Position numbers and translations under genes: made by a program. A stretch of DNA of 35,945 nucleotides from a virus: IMG/VR virus record IMGVR_UViG_3300030330_006157, positions 1 to 35,945 of that record. One strand, written 5' to 3'. Position 1 is the first letter of the stretch. Each line of letters begins with the position of its first letter. The notes under the pieces are model-generated. The model did no database searches, had not been told where the DNA came from, and saw nothing but the letters and a program-made list of their open reading frames with translations. Below, one piece after another: positions 1 to 5,294 of the stretch.

Positions 1-99
1 AAAGTGCGTAAGCTCATCAATAAATAATACATTAATCTCGACGCCTTGATACTTTAAAACGTCCTTTTGATACTGGCAATGACATAAATGGATTTTAGC
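1..99. repeat. Terminal duplication, copy 1 (identical to 35847..35945); overlap of a circular assembly
   Basis: Bases 1-99 (aaagtgcgtaagctcatcaataaat...ggattttagc) recur exactly as the last 99 bases. The repeat lies inside the terL reading frame, which is continuous across the junction. Confidence 0.9.
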
Positions 100-381
100 C
101 CCATTATCAAAAACTATTTGATTTGTGGTATAGTTTACCTTTACAACACCTGCATTAATATAATTATTTAACATCGCATTAAAGCCGCTTGCCCCGTCCA
201 AGTGATTCTTTTTTAAATCTTCGCTAAGCCGTCTAAATAAAAATATTTGCACATTAGGAATAGAAAAAGCATAGTAAAGAGCCATTACACGCATTAAGTG
301 ACTCTTTCCTCCACCTGCCGAACCGCCAAAGAGTGTTTCCGTGGCTTCGCTCTTGAAAGCAAGCGATTGCTTAGGGTGCAA
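1..381 (-). CDS. terL: Terminase large subunit, N-terminal ATPase part (gene wraps across the window ends)
   Basis: The minus frame is open from an in-frame TAA near 400 down to base 1. Translation LHPKQSLAFKSEATETLFGGSAGGGKSHLMRVMALYYA carries a Walker A motif (GGSAGGGKS). Codon phase at base 1 matches the phase at 35846. There is no ATG or GTG; TTG at 381..379 is the likeliest start. Confidence 0.85.
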   Translation of the reverse strand, partial: MHPKQSLAFKSEATETLFGGSAGGGKSHLMRVMALYYAFSIPNVQIFLFRRLSEDLKKNHLDGASGFNAMLNNYINAGVVKVNYTTNQIVFDNGAKIHLCHCQYQKDVLKYQGVEINVLFIDELTHF

Positions 382-388
382 ATTTATA

Positions 389-892
389 TTAATCGCTTTT
401 ATCGTCAGTTAATCCAATAACAATCGGGGGAAGTTGCTGCCCCTTCTTGCTTGCCTCATCTGCTATAATTATTGCATCACCGCCAAATACTTTGGGGGCT
501 AGCTTGGACGCTCTCCATTGCCTCTTATCGGCTCTAAGTCTTTGTAGCTGTATAAAGCCAGTGTCAACCCTTTTAACGCCTTTATCATCTATAATATATC
601 TTGGTTCAGCGTCTGTAATTTCTTTTATTTCATCAAATTCAAGTTGAGCTTGGAATGCTCTTGCGTGCGCGTATTGGTGTCTAAAACCTTCGTGCATATC
701 TGTTACAAGCCATTTACAAACAGTTCTTTTGCTTGGCATCTCTGGAGCATCGCAGATTTTTCTCAAGCTCTTCCCCTCTAGTAACTGTAAACATATTTTT
801 TCCCCGATTTCCTTAGTGTACTTGCTTGGCCTGCCCTGCTTTCTAACGGTCTTAGACTTCACCGCCTTTTTTTCATCTTTTTTTTTCGTCAA
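389..892 (-). CDS. terS: Terminase small subunit (N-terminal HTH)
   Basis: 167 aa, directly upstream of terL. The basic N-terminus GRPSKYTKEIGEKICLQLLEGKSLRKICDAPEMPSKRTVCKWL resembles terS-type HTH domains. The start is TTG immediately after an in-frame TAA. Confidence 0.65.
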   Translation of the reverse strand: MTKKKDEKKAVKSKTVRKQGRPSKYTKEIGEKICLQLLEGKSLRKICDAPEMPSKRTVCKWLVTDMHEGFRHQYAHARAFQAQLEFDEIKEITDAEPRYIIDDKGVKRVDTGFIQLQRLRADKRQWRASKLAPKVFGGDAIIIADEASKKGQQLPPIVIGLTDDKSD

Positions 893-897
893 TTATT

Positions 898-1062
898 TCA
901 AAAACAGTTAAACACACCTAAACAAGCAGCCCCCCAACTTGGAACGCCTTGCGGACACACTTCAACGGGCTTACCATTCATACAAATACAGCTACATTGA
1001 TTAGCTTGCAAGTTGGTGGCTATAGATAATAATATTGTGGTAATAAATAGAATTTTTTTCAT
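898..1062 (-). CDS. Small secreted Cys-rich peptide (54 aa; below the ORF-track size cutoff)
   Basis: ATG at 1062..1060. Translation is MKKILFITTILLSIATNLQA / NQCSCICMNGKPVEVCPQGVPSWGAACLGVFNCF. It has a signal-peptide-like N-terminus and six Cys in a 34-aa mature part. The TGA stop lies 5 nt before the terS start. Confidence 0.45.
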   Translation of the reverse strand: MKKILFITTILLSIATNLQANQCSCICMNGKPVEVCPQGVPSWGAACLGVFNCF

Positions 1063-1231
1063 AGTTTTATATTATGACATATATTATATTTTATTTAGTC
1101 AATTTTTAACAACAACTTTTTTAACTTTTTTTTAATTTTTTTTCATATATATTTATTATATACTATTCAAAACCCTAATAATAAAGGCTTCAAGTTGATT
1201 GTATCAAAATGAAAATAATGTAAAATAAAGC

Positions 1232-1260
1232 TTGACTTATAGGATGTAACGTGATATACT
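1232..1260 (+). promoter_or_regulatory. Sigma70-type early promoter
   Basis: TTGACT (1232-1237), 17-bp spacer, TATACT (1255-1260), 55 nt upstream of the first plus-strand gene. An imperfect inverted repeat ataggatat-aaaaaa-atatcttat follows at about 1268-1291. Confidence 0.55.
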
Positions 1261-1314
1261 TGTATTTATAGGATATAAAAAATATCTTATAATTTACCAA
1301 TTAATAAAAAAACT

Positions 1315-1995
1315 ATGACTAATTATAAAAGAACGGTTAAATTTACTGATGAATTACAAAATTTAGCAGTAATAAAGATTAATATAGAAGAAGGTCGTTT
1401 TTCTATGAGTGCCGACTATTGCAACGGGGGCGGTCAATGTCTTGACTCAATAAAACCAAGGACAGAGGAACAAAAGTATTTGATTCAAAATTGGCAAGCT
1501 TTTCACTTAAAAAAACCACCTAGCGATATAATAAAAGTAATAGATCATCTTTGCGACGCTATCGACAAAGAATTTCACGCTAATATAATTGATTCTAATG
1601 TGGAAGAAGAAGAATTAATAAAATTAATAGAAAATGAAAATTTAAAATACGATACATGGCTATACATTGTTTGTATTAAAGAATTTGATTTAACCATTGA
1701 CGATTTACACCAAATAAAATATGACGAATTGGATTATTTGGCTACAATTCAAGGAGTAGATTACTTAATAGGCGATGATGACGATATGGATTTAAGTTGG
1801 GATAAAGAATTGAATTATTATATTGATGAATGTATATTATCTGAAATACCAGACCATTTACAAGGATATTTTGACAAGGAAGCATTCAAAGATGATTGTA
1901 AATTTGACGGACGCGCTCATTCATTGAATAGATATGATGGTTCAGAATCTGAACAAGAAGCACTGGGCGCTACTTATTATATTTATCAACAATAA
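1315..1995 (+). CDS. Acidic early protein, function unknown (possible DNA-mimic or anti-restriction candidate)
   Basis: 226-aa ORF, first gene after the early promoter. It has a strongly acidic central and C-terminal part (DDDDMD, EEEE). The C-terminal YFDKEAFKDDCKFDGRAHSLNRYDGSE recalls ArdA-like tails only loosely. Confidence 0.5.
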   Translation: MTNYKRTVKFTDELQNLAVIKINIEEGRFSMSADYCNGGGQCLDSIKPRTEEQKYLIQNWQAFHLKKPPSDIIKVIDHLCDAIDKEFHANIIDSNVEEEELIKLIENENLKYDTWLYIVCIKEFDLTIDDLHQIKYDELDYLATIQGVDYLIGDDDDMDLSWDKELNYYIDECILSEIPDHLQGYFDKEAFKDDCKFDGRAHSLNRYDGSESEQEALGATYYIYQQ

Positions 1996-2042
1996 AACCA
2001 CCAACACCACAAGCCCCACAATATAAACTAAAATACAAAACT

Positions 2043-2339
2043 ATGGCTACTAAATTCTTAAAAAAAACTACTAGAAATCAAATTGCAATAACCATTATGG
2101 GAACTGATTGCAGCGACTTAAAAACCTTTAATTTTGGACATACAACTTTTTTTCAAGAATTAAAATATTTTATGAAGTCGGATTATGCACAATACTTAGA
2201 GGACGAAAAACTTAGAGGACTTCAATTCTCAAGCGATGGATTAAAACAAGACTATAATGAGGAAAATAGAAAAGAAAATATTATATACTATTGGAATAAA
2301 TTTAGCGAAAATATAAAGCACTTAAATATTATAAAATAA
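2043..2339 (+). CDS. Hypothetical early protein
   Basis: 98-aa ORF. A CCCACAAT box lies 28 nt upstream of the ATG. Confidence 0.55.
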   Translation: MATKFLKKTTRNQIAITIMGTDCSDLKTFNFGHTTFFQELKYFMKSDYAQYLEDEKLRGLQFSSDGLKQDYNEENRKENIIYYWNKFSENIKHLNIIK

Positions 2340-2376
2340 CCACACAACCCACAATATTAATTTAAATAAAAAAACT

Positions 2377-2766
2377 ATGTCAAATTTAAACCATATAAAA
2401 GAAGAACCAGATTTAAAAGAATATCAAAAACAACTAATTTCACAAGTTGATGCTATAGCCAAGGAAATTGAAACAGGAAAATTCTATAATAAAAGAATTA
2501 AATCTGCCTCCGACTATCTAAATAGCCTTGATGATGATATTTGCAATAATATTGTACATCGTCTAAACCAAAATGGGGAGTATTTGGGCGCTGAAATTAC
2601 AGTTTCTTCAGGTGGAGTAGTAGAGCCTGATATTACTATTCACACTAGAAGCAATAAGATTGTAGGCTTTATGCGTGGTGATAATTACACGATCAGATAT
2701 TGTGAACATGAAGATATTGACTTAGACGAAGCCCTAGAAGATTTATTATTTCTTTTGGTGGAGTAG
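2377..2766 (+). CDS. Hypothetical early protein; its C-terminal motifs are duplicated out of frame downstream
   Basis: 129-aa ORF. A CCCACAAT box lies 29 nt upstream of the ATG. Confidence 0.55.
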   Translation: MSNLNHIKEEPDLKEYQKQLISQVDAIAKEIETGKFYNKRIKSASDYLNSLDDDICNNIVHRLNQNGEYLGAEITVSSGGVVEPDITIHTRSNKIVGFMRGDNYTIRYCEHEDIDLDEALEDLLFLLVE

Positions 2767-2878
2767 TAAATCCTGAAGATGTTGACTTAAACAAAGCTTT
2801 AGAAGATTTATATAAGTATATTAACAATTTAAAAAACCAACACCACACCGCCCACAATAACAACTTAAATAAAACAAA

Positions 2879-3064
2879 ATGACTGATAAAGAATTAACTA
2901 AAATCAAAACTGTTTACAATGATTATTTCTATATTGATTATAAAGAATATATGAACAACAAAAGAAATCGTATTAAAATATATTACAGCACAGGCAAGCG
3001 AAGAACTAAAAATTGCGAATATATTTGGATACATAAAGAAAATATAAGCATGATTTACAACTAA
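2879..3064 (+). CDS. Hypothetical small early protein
   Basis: 61-aa ORF. A CCCACAAT box lies 28 nt upstream of the ATG. Confidence 0.45.
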   Translation: MTDKELTKIKTVYNDYFYIDYKEYMNNKRNRIKIYYSTGKRRTKNCEYIWIHKENISMIYN

Positions 3065-3094
3065 AGCCCACAATATTAATTTATAAAATATAAA

Positions 3095-3256
3095 ATGACT
3101 ACAGAAAAAGAAAGATTAAAGGATGATCGCATTCTTGAGGCAGGAGCTGATGTTAATTTTAAAAATGATCTTAACGAAACAGCTTTGACAATTGCAAAAG
3201 AATATTGGCGGGACGAAGTTGTAGAGCTCTTAGAAAATCATATAAATAATAATTAA
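3095..3256 (+). CDS. Small ankyrin-repeat-like protein (53 aa; below the ORF-track cutoff)
   Basis: Translation is MTTEKERLKDDRILEAGADVNFKNDLNETALTIAKEYWRDEVVELLENHINNN. The segment GADVNxKNxxxxTALxxA...VVELL matches the ankyrin repeat pattern. A CCCACAAT box lies 28 nt upstream. Confidence 0.4.
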   Translation: MTTEKERLKDDRILEAGADVNFKNDLNETALTIAKEYWRDEVVELLENHINNN

Positions 3257-3267
3257 TACAAAACAAA

Positions 3268-3453
3268 ATGACTAATAAAAAAATTACATTTACGACTAAA
3301 GAGGCTCTAGAATATTTAAAAGAAAATAATTTTAGCTATTCTCGAAACTCTTTACTACTTCGCAACAAAAAAATGAATGGTATTTTATGCAAAAAAGTTA
3401 CCGAAAGGAAGTTTTTATGGTATAAAGAGGAGCTAGACAAATTATTACCTTAA
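3268..3453 (+). CDS. Excisionase / AlpA / MerR-like HTH DNA-binding protein
   Basis: 61 aa. ITFTTKEALEYLKENNFSYSRNSLLLRN...KFLWYKEELDKLL fits the excisionase-family HTH pattern (T.eA.eyL..s..tl...... ...w.....l..ll). Confidence 0.45.
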   Translation: MTNKKITFTTKEALEYLKENNFSYSRNSLLLRNKKMNGILCKKVTERKFLWYKEELDKLLP

Positions 3454-3455
3454 CT

Positions 3456-3484
3456 AAAAAAGGGGGGGACTATGAACCCCCCCA
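3456..3484 (-). terminator. Rho-independent terminator (best on the minus strand; the hairpin also closes the plus-strand early block)
   Basis: G7 (3462-3468) and C7 (3477-3483) form a stem with an 8-nt loop. On the minus strand the stem is followed by T6 (plus-strand A-run 3456-3461). A second hairpin aaaatctt/aagatttt lies at about 3492-3510. Confidence 0.6.
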
Positions 3485-3713
3485 GAAAAGAAAAATCTTT
3501 TTTAAGATTTTAGGTTTAATTTACCATATACAATTATAATATTAACTAATATTAATTACAATTCAATTATGCACCTTTATTTTTAATTGGTGACACCCCC
3601 CCTCGCACCCCTTAAACACACAACCCACTTCTAGCAGCATTACATATTAGTAAAAATCAACAAGCTAGGTAACATTCAAATAACAAGCCCCTGCCCTTTC
3701 TAAATCTTACTTG
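3456..3713 (-). ncRNA. Candidate orphan non-coding transcript, about 250 nt (a possible shorter form of about 85 nt from an internal promoter)
   Basis: It is bounded by a promoter-like TTGACT-N18-TACAAT (3750..3721) and the G7/C7+T6 terminator. No ORF of 60 aa or more is present; the only ATG ORF seen is 24 aa (MLLEVGCVFKGCEGGVSPIKNKGA). Confidence 0.3.
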
Positions 3714-3720
3714 AGGCTTT

Positions 3721-3750
3721 ATTGTAATTTACAACTAACAAGCCAGTCAA
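3721..3750 (-). promoter_or_regulatory. Sigma70-like promoter on the minus strand inside the ORF-free region
   Basis: The reverse complement reads TTGACT (3750..3745), an 18-nt spacer, then TACAAT (3726..3721). Confidence 0.4.
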
Positions 3751-3754
3751 CAAT

Positions 3755-3787
3755 CAAATAACAAACAAATAACAAACAAATAACAAC
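3755..3787. repeat. Tandem 11-bp repeat CAAATAACAAA x3
   Basis: Copies at 3755-3765, 3766-3776 and 3777-3787 (the last ends in c). An AGAAGATA x2.5 repeat follows at about 3801-3820. Confidence 0.85.
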
Positions 3788-3903
3788 AACTAAAGAAATA
3801 AAGAAGATAAGAAGATAAGAATATATATATGTTGCTATTTTTTATTGGGTTTAAAATATTTTTTCAAACCTGATTTTTTAAATAGGTACATTTTCGCTAA
3901 TAA

Positions 3904-3932
3904 CAAAAACTATCAAAAACTATCAAAAACTG
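3904..3932. repeat. Tandem 10-bp repeat CAAAAACTAT x3 (phased A5 tracts)
   Basis: Copies at 3904-3913, 3914-3923 and 3924-3932. Confidence 0.85.
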
Positions 3933-3963
3933 GTTAGCGTCAAATTAATTGTTGATAAATAAA

Positions 3964-3997
3964 AAAGGTAATTACCTTTTTCGATAGGGTAATTACC
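3964..3997. promoter_or_regulatory. Two copies of the palindrome GGTAATTACC, 21 bp apart (operator-like)
   Basis: A perfect 16-bp palindrome aaaggtaattaccttt at 3964-3979. A 10-bp core ggtaattacc at 3988-3997. A third half-site ttacctt lies near 4013-4019. Confidence 0.55.
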
Positions 3998-4149
3998 TTT
4001 TTTATTTTCCTATTACCTTGTTTTTTAAAAGTCTACATCATAACTAGAGATAATACATCATTTTTAAAAACTTCTTAGAGCCAGTCTAGTAAACACTATA
4101 GATCGTTTATCATTGCTAGCAACAATAAATCATAACTAGCTATAATAAA

Positions 4150-4354
4150 CTATGCCAAACTATTCCAAAACTGCACCAAAACTGCACCAAAACTGCACCA
4201 CCTACTCTGTAAAAACTCTGTGGAAACTCTGTAAAAACTATTAGCAAACCCTTGTAATTAAAGGGTTTAGACTTCTAAGACTCTGTAAAAACTCTGTGGA
4301 AACTCTGCACCAAAACTGCACCAAAACTGCACCAAACTATGCCAAAACTATGCC
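4150..4354. repeat. Mirror-ordered iteron array: three families of about 11-bp direct repeats flanking a central hairpin
   Basis: A = CTATGCCAAA(A): 4150, 4160 (variant), 4337, 4348. B = CTGCACCAAAA: 4171, 4182, 4193, 4305, 4316, 4327. C = ACTCTGT(AAAA/GGAA): 4204, 4215, 4226, 4280, 4291, 4302 (fused to B). The order is AABBBCCC-core-CC(C)BBBAA, all in one orientation. The core hairpin aaaccctt/aagggttt is at 4246-4268. Confidence 0.9.
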
Positions 4355-4357
4355 GCC

Positions 4358-4399
4358 TGTGTTATACTTGGTATAAGTGCGTATACTCAGTATAACACA
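4358..4399. promoter_or_regulatory. 42-bp imperfect inverted repeat containing two TATAC-N3-GTATA palindromes
   Basis: tgtgttatacttggtata-agtgcg-tatactcagtataacaca has 18-bp arms with 2 mismatches. The sub-palindromes are ttatac-ttg-gtataa (4362-4376) and tatac-tca-gtata (4382-4394). Confidence 0.7.
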
Positions 4400-4426
4400 T
4401 TAACATTAACTTTTTTCACTTTTTAA

Positions 4427-4455
4427 TTGACTTGAAACTTTTTTGTTATTAAGAT
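4427..4455 (+). promoter_or_regulatory. Sigma70-like promoter upstream of the recombinase gene
   Basis: TTGACT (4427-4432), 17-bp spacer, TAAGAT (4450-4455). Confidence 0.4.
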
Positions 4456-4460
4456 AGTTT

Positions 4461-4489
4461 TTGTTCCGCTTCTGATAATAGCAGAACAA
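4461..4489. promoter_or_regulatory. Candidate tyrosine-recombinase core site (11-7-11 inverted arms)
   Basis: ttgttccgctt-ctgataa-tagcagaacaa; the arms match at 9 of 11 positions. The arm sequences recur in swapped, inverted order at 4560-4566 (attctgc) and 4586-4594 (aagcggaac). Confidence 0.4.
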
Positions 4490-4615
4490 CTATAAAACTA
4501 CTTAAAGCTTTACTAGTAGTGCCTTAAAGCTGTATTTAGGTAATAATATTAATAAATCTATTCTGCTTTTTTAAGAATATAAAGAAAGCGGAACTACTAA
4601 AAACAATTATAAATT

Positions 4616-5215
4616 ATGACTTTTACACCCTGGAATAAAGGAAAATGCGTTGGACAAAAAACAAAATTTACTAAAAGACAAGTAAGTTCGTTGAAAGATA
4701 TACTTAAAAATAAAAATAAGCAATTTGATTTAGTTTTATTTTCTCTTGGAGTTGATACAATGTTGCGAGCTTCAGATTTATTAAATTTAAAAGTAAGCGA
4801 TGTAATGGCTTATGATAGAACAATAAAAAATATATTTGATTTGAAACAACAAAAAACTAAAATGAATCACAAGGTTCAACTATCCGACTCTACTATTCAT
4901 GAACTAATAATATATACTCATAATAAAAACCCTCAAGAATATTTATTTAAGTCTTCAAGAAAAGATGCACCTATCACGAGAGAATATTACGCAAAAAAAG
5001 TAAAATCATGGTGCGAGTTGTTGGGATTAGATCCAAAAAATTATTCTACACACTCTTTGCGACGAACTAGAGCAAGTTATATATACGAATCAACAAGAGA
5101 TCCAGAATTAGTACGTCAACTGTTAGGTCAAAAACATATTACTGCCACATCAGCTTATTTAAGTATAGATAAAAATCGGGCAATTGAGTTAGGCTCAAAC
5201 TTTATGATGGATTAA
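4616..5215 (+). CDS. Short tyrosine recombinase (catalytic domain only; FimB/FimE-sized)
   Basis: 199 aa. Motifs seen are DTMLRASDLLNLKVSDV (first Arg box), HSLRRTRASYIY (HxxR) and LLGQKHITATSAYL (His...Tyr). Only about 45 aa precede the first Arg, so there is no room for an arm-binding domain. Confidence 0.8.
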   Translation: MTFTPWNKGKCVGQKTKFTKRQVSSLKDILKNKNKQFDLVLFSLGVDTMLRASDLLNLKVSDVMAYDRTIKNIFDLKQQKTKMNHKVQLSDSTIHELIIYTHNKNPQEYLFKSSRKDAPITREYYAKKVKSWCELLGLDPKNYSTHSLRRTRASYIYESTRDPELVRQLLGQKHITATSAYLSIDKNRAIELGSNFMMD

Positions 5216-5231
5216 GAGTCAATCTGGAACC

Positions 5232-5294
5232 GAAAAGGCAAGCCTTGACCTGCCTTTTCTAGCCCGCACGGGCTAATCTATTTTTAGTTTTTTT
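5232..5294. terminator. Terminator hairpins between convergent genes
   Basis: gaaaaggca/tgccttttc (5232-5240 and 5251-5259), then tagccc-gcac-gggcta (5260-5275) followed by a T-rich run (atctatttttagttttttt). A nested inverted repeat ttagtgtta...ttatcaa...ttgataa...taacactaa lies further on, before the stop of the minus-strand gene. Confidence 0.6.

Noticed and set aside
447-911. Plus-strand ORFs 447..647 and 729..911
   Set aside because: They are antisense to the well-supported terS gene and have no recognisable motifs.
1063-1110. A late promoter (TTGACT on the minus strand at 1104..1099) directly upstream of the Cys-rich peptide gene
   Set aside because: The -35-like hexamer is good, but no acceptable -10 lies at 16-18 bp: TGTCAT is at 17 and CATAAT only at 20. 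Late transcription may need an activator, so I did not call it as a feature.
2782-2810. TTGACT at 2782-2787 as an internal early promoter
   Set aside because: No -10-like hexamer lies at a suitable spacing. The hexamer is part of the duplicated coding segment (gaagatgttgacttaaac), which explains its presence.
3541-3720. A tRNA gene or tRNA-derived attP core in the C-rich part of the ORF-free region
   Set aside because: I could not fold a cloverleaf or find a GTTCRANYC T-loop or a CCA-proximal acceptor sequence by eye. A tRNA scan and a search against host genomes would be needed to settle this.
4150-4354. Possible CRISPR array, because of its regular short direct repeats
   Set aside because: The units are only about 11 bp and sit head to tail with no unique spacers. 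They fall into three families, and no cas genes or leader are present. This is an iteron or binding-site array.
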